From Saccostrea cucullata (taxonomy: Eukaryota): 64,000 nt of DNA. Position 1 is the stretch's first letter; every line of letters starts with the position of its first letter. Below are positions 1-13,392 of this stretch, piece by piece. The stretch spans positions 62,001 through 126,000 of the forward strand of contig NW_026923116.1 in the NCBI RefSeq assembly GCF_032062105.1, given 5' to 3'. Position numbers and translations under genes: made by a program. The notes beneath the pieces were generated by a model that was given only the letters and a program-made list of their open reading frames with translations, was not told where the DNA came from and did no database searches.

Positions 1-3000
1 GTCACAGAACCAATGTAGGGAAGCCATGAGAGTCCTGTTGCATTTGGTAAGAATTCAGAAAAAGAATTACATGCATTTTATTCTATAGTGTGCTCAAAAG
101 GGAGACAACTCTTTTGAATTTATAATCATCATGAGAAATGGATTCATTTTGTAAGAATTTGGAAAATTTTTTTTTTATCTAGACTTGAACTTTCATTATG
201 ACATGTTAGTGTGTTCGAAAGGGAGACAACTCTTCGTAATCTTTCATAATGCGAAAAAGTATTTTATACTCTTGTCATAAATAAATTGAACCCTTGATTT
301 TTTTGGCAGATTGAAAAGTCACTACAGAGAATTCATCAGGGTATAAAGAACTCCATGTACACCACCTGTCAGTCCATTGAGAACAAGGTAGGGGGAATCC
401 CTGGCTGGAAGGACCTTCTACAGGCAGTGGGATTCCGGTTTGAGGCCGCTAGGAATGGGTTGCCACCAGCAGTGTTCTTTCCTCAGACAGACCCTGGGGA
501 CCGACTGACTCAGGCCAGTGCCAGTCTGCAGGCTCTACTGGGTAAGTAAATGATTGGCCTAGAAAATTAGCTAAACTTTCCTCTGTGAATTTCTTGATAA
601 AAATGGGAAAAGACTTTGCCCAAGATTGAAGTTAACTATTATATGTTTCTCTTTTAAACTTGATAGGTCTACCACCAAGCTGCTTGACTGCTTTGTCAAA
701 GTTCCTTCCAAATTATGAAGCAGGAGAGGCCTACATACTAGTGGTAAATTAATAACATAATGTACCTTAAAAAATAAAATTATAACCACAAAAGGACTTC
801 ATGGCACTGGTATCAGATGATTTGTGTCAGAATATATGTTAACATTTTTTTTTATTTTTGTAGATCAGAGACATTTTGAGCAAAATGGCTGCAAAGGAGT
901 CCAACATTGATGTCCAGATCTGTGTCAAACTGTGGCGCATGACCGGATGTCACGAGTTCTTAGCTTCTCTAGGTAAAGAATATGCATAACATTCAAGGAA
1001 TTCTCAGGTGTTTTCACTGGCTATCAGATATTTTTTATGTTTAATATTTTTATTTAAACAATGAAATTTTCATCTTCAGGTTTGGACTTGGTGGAAGTTG
1101 GAAAGGATGAAGTCACCCTTAGACTTGGAAAACAAGCTAACCGTCGCCAACTTCAGTTTGCCTTACAGTCTCTAGTTGCTGTTTTCGGTAAGCCAATTGC
1201 CATTTCAAAAATATCAAAAACTTTCACTTACTTGTACATTCATTTTTCAGTAGCTTAAACCAGTTCAAGGAATTTGACCCAGTTTACCTTCAAATTTTGC
1301 TGTTAAATGTAGAAAAATTTAGTTCATGTGAAAATTCACCAAAGATTTTGCAAACTAAACTGAATATTATTTTGCATTCCATAGACACCCAGGAGGCCCC
1401 CAAGTCCTTGTCTGTGGACAGTTCCAGCAGTCTAGAGAGTTTATCCTCCTCCCACAGTGGCTCTACCTCAACCTCCAACTTCTCCAAGGGAAGCACCCCT
1501 CCTCTGTCCCCCAGGGGGAGCAGGAAGAAGTCTCTCTTCAACCCTGCAGAAATGGAAAAAATGAGAATGATGACCAAGATGCAACTGATGCATCAGGTAG
1601 GTCTGACTTATAAGTAAGCTGGTTTTTCTTTGGCTATAAATCTGAAAGAATGTTCACTAATGTTTTACTTTAAACTTTCAGGGAGGACTTTCAGGAAGAA
1701 AAGTTAGCTCCAGAAATCAGAGGACCGACCCCTCTATCTACCTCAACCACCAGAGCAGAATCCGTAACATGTACGGACCTTCTGGTACCACTCTATCTCA
1801 TCATTCCCATCACAGTGATATTCATGAGCTTCAGGAGATCAGTGAGAATAGTGAAAGTGAAACTGATGGCCATACGAGTTCTGGAAACAGCTGGAAGGAA
1901 TACAGGATGACTGTGTCTACAAATTCTGACAGCGAGTGTAGCACCATTCCTGATGCTAGAACTCCTGATCGAGACATGCTACAGTGTAGTACAGAGCACT
2001 ATAGTTTGTCAGATGGATTTAGCACACAGTCTCCTAGTAGCTGTACTCAGGAATATACGTATTCGTATCCTGCAAAATTAAGTGGGAGTGTTCGGAGTGG
2101 AGGATCCGATTATTCTGAGCATGAAGAGTATAATTTCAGCAGACAAAACAGTGGGTATAGTGATGTCAGTGTTAGTAGTTCTGTGAGAGACAGTGAAAGG
2201 TCACACCGTAAGTCAAACTTCGACAGATATGACGCTCACAGGAGCTCAGATTTGTCCAATATTAGTAGTGCTTGTGAAGGGGAACCGCAGAATTCTTTGT
2301 CGGATAGTGGAAGTGATCTTTTCCAAAGGAATGATGCTCTGAGGCAGTCAGACATGTCTGATACCAGTGGAATAAGTGATACCAATGGATTACCCAATGA
2401 ACTTCCAGAGGCGATGATTATTAAAAATATCAAAAATGTTGAGCCAGTGCCAAATGAGTCAGGATTTCATTCTGAGGTGACTTCATCAAATCAAAGTGAT
2501 GCTAGCCAACAGAGCATTGATGTGACTAAACTTGGACATAAGGAGTTAGCTCTTCGCATTAATGCAGATGTTGAGAATTATAGGGAAAAGTTAGAACATG
2601 TCCAAAGAGAAAGTCTTGCTTCATCCAGACAAGAGGCAATGGCTTTACGTAAAGAATTCCATAGTTCACAAAAAATCAGTGCACCTGCTCTTCAGCAAAC
2701 AATTGGACATTCTAGTGATGACAGAAGTGAAGTTGGAAGACATATGCCTTTTGAAGGCAAAAGACCACCACCTCCCATTCCCAAGAAACCAAAATCATTT
2801 CAACCTTACACAGAAAACCTTTCCTCAAACTCACCTCAAAGTGCCAATGTGAACAATACTCACCCATCGCCAGCTCAAGATTTCAATAATGTGAACTCAA
2901 TAGTGTCCAGAATCAACTCTTTAACTGTGCAACAAAATGTCCAGTCAAGCAATATCTCAGCTTTCACTAGCTCATCGCCAAAACAACTTTTTTCTTCCAT

Positions 3001-3889
3001 GAAGAATAATAATCAGACAGTGGACAAGGCGTCATTACAAAACCTTGCAAGAGGTAGTGTCACTAGAGATGCCTCTTCTTTTCTCAATTCCATCAATTCT
3101 CAAAACCATCAAAGGCCAGACAGTAAAATGAGTGTGAGCTCTTCTGCTTCTTCTATAGTGACAGTGATTCATAGCCCTAACAATCCAGTGAAAATTCCCC
3201 CATCAAACAACAGACTAACACAATCACCTTCACCGATGCATAATAGTCAAACAAGTACTCCTGAGATTCCTGAATCTCCTGTCAGTGGAGGAGGAAATGG
3301 TCATCCTTTACATGATAATAGTTTTAACAGCTCTCATGGATCCACAAGAGGAACTAGTCCAAAGTCCATTCTGAATTCTTCGCCGAGCTGCTTACGAGAA
3401 AAGAACAAGAAACCCAAAAAGAGAGTGAGCTTCTCAGATTCTGAACCCAGTGATTTGGACTCCTCCAGCACACAAAACTCGAATAGAGCTAGTCCTGTAA
3501 CCCCCATACAGTTTCCTATTAATCCAGCAGACAGATTTAAACCTAACAATATCATTGGCTCAAAACAACCCATTCGTATAGCAGGGAATCATATCAGTGA
3601 AACACCTAACCAATATCCACCAATGAAAACTTTTGGAAATGGAAGCGTTCCTACGGCAATGGAAAGCTTCTACATGAATGGTACAGTGAGAGGTGGAGTG
3701 GTTGTAAACGGAAATCAAAACCCCAGTGCAATGGAGCTCAGAAATAGTGCTCTTCCTACCTACAAAGCTAACCTGGGTCAGACCGGGGTCAATCCTGGTG
3801 GACCCGGGACGCGGACCTCGGACCAGATTAGACAGTTGTACTTGGGAAGGGGTAGGAAGACTCAAGTATTGCAGTCATCAAAGTGCTAA
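1..3889 (+). CDS. TTC28: Tetratricopeptide repeat protein 28-like, 3' portion (5' end outside window). Exons 1-46, 310-541, 667-743, 864-972, 1080-1187, 1385-1596, 1682-3889
   Basis: Spliced translation reads ..REAMRVLLHL/IEKSLQRIHQGIKNSMYTTCQSIENKVGGIPGW..FFPQTDPGDRL..LWRMTGCHEFLASLG..GKQANRRQLQFALQSL..SLSVDSSSSLESL. This matches the recalled post-CHAT region of vertebrate TTC28. All introns are GT-AG and keep frame. The last exon is long and Ser-rich. Confidence 0.9.
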
Positions 3890-5844
3890 CTCTTCTGTGA
3901 TCTTTTTACTTTTCAGATAAACTGTGGAGTTTTAATTTTTAATGCATGTATTTTTTGTGATATTTCTATGCTCACATGACATGTATTTTGATTGAAACTA
4001 GAAATTTGCTAAGCATTTATTTTTAAATTATATATGGGGTACTATTATATTTTTATCTCATGCAATGGCAAAAAAAAAATACAAGTAATTTAAATCTTTT
4101 TTTTTAAATGAAAATATGATGAAAAGAAGTAGATCTGAATTGCATTTTTTTTGTATTGTTTCTTATTGTCCAATGCATTTCACATTCCATTTTCATTCCA
4201 AAAATATTTCACTTATTTATATCTAATAAATATACTTATGTTGTACATATATTTACTTCCAAACAAGGCTCATTGTACATGCTTGTATATATATAAATGA
4301 CCATCCTTTACTGTAGCAATATCACTATGCATTTTATTTAACATTGTGGAGTGGCCTGACTAAAGAAAGGGCTACTGAATATAATACAATAAAATATTCT
4401 AATAAAACAAAATTGTGTCATTATGTCTTATACATAATATCCGATAGAAGCAGATTTGAGTTCACATTGAATACACATATATTCAGTGCAAGAAGAGGCT
4501 GAAATAGGCAGAGGGAATTAAATATGGATGTTATACAACTTAGTACAAAGCATTGTGAAAGGATTGTTCACGGATATAAATGGCTTGATAGAGAAAAATA
4601 TCTGTATATTTAAAAGTGTTGTCCAATGACCATTTATAATGCATGAAACAGATTTTGAGGGAACAACACAATGTAAGGTATTTTCCTCTCAATGCTTAAA
4701 ACAAATAGACCAAGTTGTCATGTCCCTTTACACGAACAAAAATTCCTTTTTTTTTTTTTTAATTAGTCATTCCAAACTGAAAGATTGTACACTGCATATA
4801 TATTGGACCTTAATTTTTTTGAAAAAAAAAAAAAATCTTTGTGAAAGGCCCCGAGATGCTCCAGATGACATAAGCAATACTTATTCCTCTGAGTTTCTCG
4901 ATAGGAATTACAGCTATGGGTGCAGAGGCGAATACTCCCATAAAAATTATCAGAGCAGATCAAATGAAATGCAAGTATGATCTGTAATTCTGCATTTGAT
5001 ACTTTTTCTGCTTCAATTATTGAAATTCAACAACAGGCTAGAGTTGTTTCCCCTCTATTTTCTACAAACTTCAATTTGGAAATCAGATATTCAAGAAAAT
5101 GTAAAGTGGTATTTCAATTAATTTTATTTTCTATTTTTAACAAAATCAGCTGCAGCAGTTTGTAATTTACCCATATAAAAAAGCAATACAAAACCAAGAA
5201 AAGGTTTTTACCTTAAAAAATTGGTCTACTGTGTTCTACTCTGAAATAACAAAATCAAAAACATTCTACATGCAGATTTTCATAGGAAATCTGGCTCATA
5301 CAAAAAAAAAATGAACAAGATTGAGAGAAAAACAAAAAACTAATAATCAACCAACAAAAAAAAACACTATTTTAATTAGTATTACCCTAATATTTAAAAA
5401 AATGTTAATACATATATCTTGATAGAATCAGCAGGCACCTAGAAGAATAAGGTAATGGTATACCATAGTCAACATTATTTGGTTATAACAGTTAATATTA
5501 GGTTTTGTTTGTCCTCATCTTTTCATAGGGTGCATAAATTTGAAGTAACTTTTATTATCATAAATTAGCAATGCACCAATTATAGGAACAAATATTCATC
5601 AAACCCCACCCCCTCTGCATCACCCTAAAATGATAATAAAAATAATTATCAATTTGTGCCTTTTTATGCGACGAAATTACCCCCCCTTAAAAAATAAACT
5701 GATACAGAGAGCAGTCAGTCTATACACCTTCATGGGACAAAAGAAGGAATTTACAGATTCTGAATATGTATCACAAAGAACTACCGGTACATGTAAATGA
5801 TTCTGATATGATGCAGATCCGATGATATATATATAAATGAAGTA

Positions 5845-6030
5845 CAGTGGACCTTCAGATATCCGGATGCTAGATATCCGGATGCTTCAGTATCCGGATG
5901 ACTTTTCATCGGAACAGAATTTCTAATGTTACATTGTCTTGTTTCACTGGTAATTCAGATATCCCGACGCTTCACATATCCGGACAAATTAACAAGGAAC
6001 CAATGCGTCCGGATAAATGAGGCTCCACTG
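5845..6030. mobile_element. Tc1/mariner (pogo/Tigger-like) MITE
   Basis: TA|CAGTGGA...TCCACTG|TA termini with TA target duplication; internal repeated GATATCCGGA motifs. Confidence 0.75.
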
Positions 6031-7402
6031 TAATTCAAAGAATGTGACTATAATAACTAAATTATGCTGATCTGCAACAAATATTGCCATGAGTAGTAAG
6101 TCTTCAAATAAAAAAAATTCAGTTATTTTTTTCAGATCCACTAATATAAACAAAATGGAGGCAAACAAAGCATCTCTATCTACATAATCAAAGATAAACA
6201 TACAAAATTGGACAGACTAAGAGCATTTGTTAAGTTAGGATTAGTCAATGTACATGTATAAATAATATGGACAGCTGTTTATGTTTACATACAGTCATGT
6301 AAAAAGGGGGGAAAATCTTCAAAAAAGACATATAATAATCAAACAAGAAAAACTATTCCCATACTGAAAATTAAATATTGTAAAATTTTAATTATGCCGC
6401 CTCCCAAAATCTCATTGCAATGTTGTCCCTAAGATCAAGGTGTCGGGGAATTTCCCCCAATTAAAATTACATAATCCTCCACTTATTCTTGTATTCCCCC
6501 TCAGTCCACCTTAGGGGAGGACCTCCAGACCCCCTTCAATTTTTTAATGTTCTTTGCTTTTTCAAACCTTAGGGACAACCCTGCAATGAAAGGAAAAAAT
6601 AAAGAATAAATTATGCAATTCTTATACCATCAGATTTGTTTTGGTATAATATCATAATATCAAGAAGTACAAACTGTATACCTTTTAATTTAAAAACAGA
6701 TTAATACACAAGTTTTAGAGGATGTACATAAAACAAAGAATGTTCTTATATGATTAGAATATGTTCTCAAAAAGAAAAAAAAAGAAATATACAGTAAAGT
6801 TCTAGAATAATTTTCCATGTACATTTTGATTTGTAGTTCAGATACTTTAATGTATGTCGTTATGTACTAGCTAGTACAATCAAAGACACTGACACCTTAT
6901 TTAAACTATCATGATATCATCTCTTCTCTCTCTTTCACTCACACACACAGAATGATAACAACAACAAAGGGCACATTTCTTCTTGCATGCTTTCTTCAGA
7001 TATACACACATCAAACTAGAATTCTATGCACTTACCCCGGTATTCATAATCAAAATGATATGTACATTAATAACGAAGAAATTTTGGAAAATCTATCAAA
7101 GAAATAAACTCACTTAACTACAATCAACCACTCCTGTTAAAAAAGCTCACATCTCACAGAACCAGCAATGCACTCTAACTGTTCCTACATTGCATAATCT
7201 TTCAATACAGCAAAAGTTTACATCTGTTATTCTAATTTATTGAAAAAAACAGCCATTTTTCTATGTCATATCATTGACAGTCTTTGGATGTATAATTAAA
7301 TAATTCAATTCCATGAGATCCAAGAGTTTCATTCTACCTTTTGATTGGTTGTTCCATGAATGTATAAAGACAATTTGGACCAATCATATCACTTCATAAG
7401 AA

Positions 7403-10400
7403 CTAGTCGCCCCACTCTGACCTTTCATTGGATAACCTCCCAATGTAGAAACAATTTACAGCAATCATTTGCATAACTCTACCAAATATGATGTCTTTGG
7501 GATAGAAATTCCTCACCAGGTTAAATGGGAATGTGTTCAGAATTGTTACACCTTGACTCTCGTAGAACAAGTTGCTGGTCATTTGAGTAAACATGAACAC
7601 GACGGCCAGCTTCACCGTCAGGGGAGATTTCCAGGGAGTTATTTTTTCTTCCAGGAATTCGTAAGTAGGCCAATCGTATTCACGCTAGGAGAAAAAGCAG
7701 TATATTAATTCAAAATCTTACTATCATGATTTCACCTTCATTTTACAATTAACTTTTAAAATACAGTCAAACCTTGTTATCCAAATGAACTCAGTGAGAC
7801 TGAACCTTAAGAGATATTTACAAAGAGTTGAGGTATCAAGGGTAAAACACTTAAAGAATCAGTGGTTGTGATTCCAATTCAGTTCAAAATATACTTGGTA
7901 TTTGAAATACCAGTGGTCCAGAAACTGAAGTTTAACTGTAAACTTTATTTAAAATGTGTATATTGCTTAACGCTTTAGAAATAAAATGATCCTCCAAGAT
8001 ATAATTTTTAAAACATTTTATCATTCACATTTTCTGTATTGATTAGATAGACTGACTATAATGATGATTATACCTGCAGCTCATCTATTCTGTTCAAGCT
8101 TTCTACTATGTACAGAATGCTATAAAGCCGAACACCAAGAGTCAACAGGAAAAATGGACGCAAAAACTTCATCAGAAATCCAATGGCCAGGCCTGCACTA
8201 TCTATTAAAAGTATAACATCCAAGACAATAAAACATTTCTCTTTGTAGTAGTGTTGGCAACGAGTACCCGGTTAACTGGTTAACCGTCGAACGATGCGAG
8301 TATAGGTTAGTAAAACTGCTATTCGGTCACTCGCATGAAAAAAAAAATCTACAAAGTAAATGCATATAAAATGATTGTTTTATAATTTATAAATGTATAT
8401 ACTTACACATTTCCCTAATTTTAGTTAACGTTAGACTTGATCTAATACATGGTTGCAGTGGATCAAATTGTTTTGATTAGTTTTCACAGTTTATATAATT
8501 AATAGCTTTGATTGCTTGGGGGTATACAACTTTTGAAGGCCTGAGTTATGAGTACCTCATTTGATAATTTAACGAGATGCCGCCTCAGACAAATTAATTA
8601 TTGGAGTGTAACTGTAAGAAAGAACAGTTGATTCAAAATCTCAACAAATTAAGTATTAATTACGGAGTATGTAGATAATTATTATTCTCCTTGATAGCGA
8701 CATATTTCGGGGGCTGAAAAGGAAAGCATAAGGAAAGCAATTGTGAGACAGTGATTGACGATGTCTTTATTTGTCTTCTTCGTGTGTCAAATTTCTTATT
8801 TTCTTTAATCTAAAATCAAAATTTGTTGACAATATCGCATGTGTGTATTGTAAATATAATGTCCATATACAGTATATTTGTGTATTACTACCACCGATAA
8901 GTAAAGCATAAGATAAATAAAAGATATTGATACTTTTACGAAAAATCATCCGAGTAACCGGGTACTCGATCGGAAGATGAAGCGAGTAACTGGTTACTAA
9001 AAATCGTCCGATTTGCCAACACTACTTTGTAGGATAAAAGCACAAATTTACGTAGAAATAAACTTTCATTTACCTAATCCTATTTAAGGTAAATACATTT
9101 TAACTTACCCACTGTGCTATTGAAGATGAACAATCCCAGATGAAACATGGACTGTTTGGGATCATACCTACAAAAGAAATAAGAGTATAAGAATATACAC
9201 AAATGACATGCTTTACTCCTACAAAATCTTCTTGGATTCAATATGAAAATTTTCTTCCTATGTACACAGAAAAATGTCTTCACAATTACTCTTCCCATGT
9301 ACACAAAATGTTTTCTTTTTACAACAGAGTCTGTAGAAAACTTGTGTAAAGTCTCAAGAAACATAGTCTGGGGAGAAGCGAGACTAGTATACCAGTAGTA
9401 GCTGATTTAAGTATACATTTGCATTGTAGCTTTATTTGTAAACTATATATTTATACCTCTAATAATTTACTATTAGCCTATTAATATATAATAAACCTTT
9501 TGGTCTGATACAATCCAGACAACTCTGTTATGCTACTTACTGAAACCAGGTGGATGGAGTTTTGAGAGGTGAGTTGATGAGAGTTGTCTCCTCTTTCATG
9601 GCAAACAGAATACACACTGTACACAAACAAGTAAAAGCTGCATCACATAGGATTCCATCCTGGGACATCCACATCATGTTGTGTACCGCTACACACATAA
9701 TCAGCACTAAGAACACCAGTCTACAACACAGAGAAAATATATAAATGTACCGGTATATAATTCTTTCAAATTTATTAAGGTCTTCCGTCTTCACGGAAGA
9801 CCTTATAGTGATTCTACTGTTTCTTATTATTATTATTATTATTATTATTCTTTTTATTATTTTTTTGACTTTCTAATTTTGTGCACACGATTTCTCGAAA
9901 ACTACTGAGTGGAATGACGTGAAATTTTCAGAAAAGATGTGTCGTAATATGAATTTTATATATCCGGGAGATTTTTTGGAAATTCGCTTCCGGTGCCAAG
10001 CTATGGGACATTTCCTGATTTTAAAATGACATTTTGTCTTCGGATAATCTCAAGAACGGTAAAAGATATCGTTGTGAAACTTTTAGGGATTATAGATCGT
10101 GATATTCACTATCCAGGACGCGACCTTTCGTTCGTCGTCAGTACTTCCGGTCGTTACGACAAGCAAATTAAAAAAAATTGTATTTTCTAACTTTTTTGTT
10201 TTTCAATATTTTTTATATATAGACCCTTCTATTGATGCTTACTATATAAGTTTATTTGAATATTGGTTAGTCTTAACTCTAGATATTAATATTTGAAAAT
10301 CTGAAGCGGGCCCAAGATGGCGGCTGTCTCTGTCAACTCCGCCATTTCGCGAGTAGGGGTTTATAGAGGCAGCTGAGCGTTTGATTAAACCATTCTGACA

Positions 10401-12877
10401 TAAGGATACATGAAATGTGAAAAACTACGTGGACTCTCACGTAGTAGTACGTTGCAATTCAGTTTCAATCTCAAAACTTAATTTCCGTTTAACTGCTTTA
10501 GTGTAACTGAGCTAGATACGATATGTAATGTTTACAATGTGTTAAATATACTTTCTTAACATTAAAAAAAAATAAAGGAGATAAGACGTTTTATTTATTT
10601 AATTTCATTGAAGCTATCACACCTATTTAATAGATCAGTCCAAAGAAAAGACGTTTGGCGCGAAATTATGAATAGTGGCCCGCCTTTTATGATTCTTAGA
10701 CAGGTGTACTGTTGCAAAAGTATACACAAGTATATTTAGAGCAGTATTCCCAATAGCTTAATGGTTTGCGCGTTGGGATAAAAGAGAAAAAAAAAGTGCA
10801 TTCACGTTGGCGACCTGGGTTCAATCCTCCTTGTGACGAAAATTTTGAATCTCTTGTCAGGTCGATTTTACGAGGGTTTCTTTTTCCTGAATCGGACGGA
10901 AGACCTCTCGTTGCTCGCAACGAGATCATATCTAGTTAATCCTATTTTTCTTGCCCACAAATAGAGATTCCCAAAGAATTACTTTAAAATTGTATATATG
11001 CCTCTCAAACTGCCATAATATTTCTGGAAAAATGGGATGTGTATGTCAGTGGTTTTATATTTACATTGTCACTATAAGTTTAGAGTAAAATGTTTGCTTA
11101 TTCTTCAGTGAATCAGATTTTTTACTACGTACATTCACATCAAGTAAGTCCAATAAACAACTGTAAAAGTTTTACTTACTGAGTTTGAGTCTGTACAATT
11201 ATTTAAAAATTATTCAGAAGGAAAAATAAAATCTTATTAAAATTAAACATGCAGATTGCTCTATTTTCAGATTTTGAAATTTTATTATCATGCACTTACA
11301 AATAGTGAGTTGTGGAGCCAGTCGAATAAATCTCATATAGAAAGGATGCCATAAGCGCATAACAAGCCGCAGAAAATAAAATTATGATAAGCTAAAAAAG
11401 AAAAGATAGAATATAGCTTTGTTAACATTGTTAAAATTCCATAGTTAAAAATCAAACAATATTAGAAAATTTAATATTGATTTAAAAACACTTAACAAAT
11501 GTAAAACTAATCCTTTGTATTCAAATATAAAATATAAAAACAACATGAAAATTCAGTACTGACACATTGCTCACAGAAGATGATTAAATTAACAGTAATA
11601 TTAAAACCATCTATTTTAAATTACTTGTGATTTTTAAAAACATATTGCACCTGGCACTAGCTAGGAATTTACAATATTTAAATAACCCATAAATCATGAA
11701 GAATTTTGTCAATTTACCTTAAATAATGAGGAATCATCTTCTTGTATCCGATTACAAACACGCTGACTACACTGCATTTGGAAATTCACAGCAAGAATGA
11801 TTTCTGAGATCATCAGAACAGGCCCAGTTATCCATAATATCTTGTCATACAACCAGATGACTGGCCATGGAATCAGGTTAACAGGCACATAATACACTAT
11901 CAAAGCCCATAATCCAAAGCTAAGATATGGAACCACTAAATGCTAGAAAAATAATAAAAGAGTATTTCCTGAAAACATAATTAACCTATGCTATCATAAT
12001 TGGCGACACAATGCACTTTAGTTTATTTCTGTTAAACTAGTATGAGTGCAGCAAGCTCTTATGACAACATTTATGAACATGATGAAAAGAGGAAATAGTG
12101 TCGAAATCAACACAGCATCCTGCTTCCTTTAATAACCCATTTAGGCATTTTCACTTCTGTCAATTCTGTTTACATAATCAGTGTTTTTTATTTATCAATA
12201 GAAAGTTGCTTTTAATCTATGAGCAGATAACAGCGAGCGCAGCAAGCGTCGCAAAGCGACGCTCGTAACTCCGAGCTCTAACAACAACGCCTGGGCAAAG
12301 AGAAAATTCGGACTACTGCACATTCATTTGATAGAATTTTTTGACGCAGTAATTTGGACCCACAATGCATCGCTTTGTATACAACGCTAAAGCAACGTTC
12401 TCACGAGAATAAGAACAAAAGTTATAAAATGAAATAATAAATTTGCCTTGATTTAATGAATTTGTTGCTGAAAAATAGTCAATAATTAAACGATTCCTTA
12501 TTAAAATTCAGGCTTTGGTTTGGTAAAGCAACATGCATACGACGTCATGTGACGTCAGAGTCTTACACGCACCGAATGTCACGTGCGGTTTGACTAGCCC
12601 GATCTAAATAAAAACTGGATAAGTATCTGAGATCGCCCTAACGGTCGCGCCGTCAATATTACACTTGTACAATGTACTTGAAACATTACAGATCACCAGA
12701 TGGCTATTTTGTATTTTCGTTTCTTACCAACGATTTTGGAACCATTTCTCCTGCGATGACATAAATAAACAAGAGAATAGATATTCGTAAAATGAGATCA
12801 ATTCCACAGAATGAGCCATAAACTGGCACTGTCACTACCCAAAGATAGGGTATAAACTCAATCAGCCACAAAATCAT
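7403..12877 (-). CDS. Multi-pass membrane protein, ICE2/SERINC-superfamily-like. Exons 12877-12728, 11942-11718, 11391-11300, 9720-9541, 9167-9109, 8201-8074, 7684-7403
   Basis: Seven GT-AG exons join in frame: MILWLIEFIPYLWVVTVPVYGSFCGIDLILRISILLFIYV..YDKILWITGPVLMISEIILAVNFQ..LIIILFSAACYALMASFLYEIY..QDGILCDAAFTCLCTVCILF..PFFLLTLGVRLYSILY..SPLTVKLAVVFMFTQ..RVMQMIAVNCFYIGRL..stop. Many hydrophobic segments. The gene model is solid; the family call is inference. Confidence 0.85.
7764..7938. mobile_element. Tigger/pogo-like MITE in intron
   Basis: TA|CAGTCAAAC...GTTTAACTG|TA imperfect TIRs with TA TSD. Confidence 0.6.
8249..9024. mobile_element. Non-autonomous hAT-type element
   Basis: TIR TAGTGTTGGCAA...TTGCCAACACTA; perfect 8-bp TSD CTTTGTAG at 8241-8248 and 9025-9032. 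Confidence 0.85.
9775..10937 (-). mobile_element. Helentron-associated non-autonomous element (HINE-like)
   Basis: One end has the palindrome AAGGTCTTCCGTCTTCACGGAAGACCTT next to a (TAT)n microsatellite. The other end repeats GACGGAAGACCT next to the hairpin CTCGTTGCTCGCAACGAG and ends TCTAGTT. No TSD; T-rich insertion site. Confidence 0.7.
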
Positions 12878-13127
12878 ATTGGTAAACAGATGATGCAGAC
12901 AAACATTTTACAAAAAAATCAAATCGGATGTCAGCGAATGCAAATAATGTATAAAACTAATCCCTTTGCTTTGTAAATTCCGAAAAAAAAAAAAAAATTA
13001 TTACGTGAAACAGAAAAATCATGAGAAAAAAGAATACAAATAAAAATTCCAGTTATTATGAATGTAAAATTTTTAATGACGATTGAATGAAAAATTATTG
13101 GACAGAGCATGATTTTTTTTTCCATTT

Positions 13128-13177
13128 CCGGAAGTTTTACTCAGCAAGGTTTTTTAATCTAGTTTTTTGGCGGGAAA
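13128..13177. promoter_or_regulatory. Candidate ETS (CCGGAAGT, 13128-13135) and E2F (TTTGGCGGGAAA, 13166-13177) sites in a bidirectional promoter
   Basis: Consensus motifs lie within the ~515 bp between the divergent ATGs at 12877 (-) and 13393 (+). Confidence 0.5.
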
Positions 13178-13392
13178 AGATAAATGCATTTTCCCAGCAC
13201 GAACACCTTGAGACATTCCTTTGTTACCAACGATGAAGGCATATATTCAATGAGGTAAACTGTAGGTAGTTTTAAGTTGAAAATATGTTTCGCTCTTAAA
13301 ATTGTACATTAAATTTCAGAGATGTTCTTTGAAATATCAAATCTGCAATTATTATAGGCCCTAATATTTCCAGGGAAAAGGGGATAACAAGC

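Noticed and set aside
1769-3889. 706-aa ORF as a standalone gene
   Set aside because: The frame is open upstream to the acceptor at 1682 and splices in frame to TTC28 exons.
12215-12660. GC-richer hairpin-containing intronic segment as a structured ncRNA
   Set aside because: Probably a transposon fragment; neither ends nor a known RNA fold could be defined.
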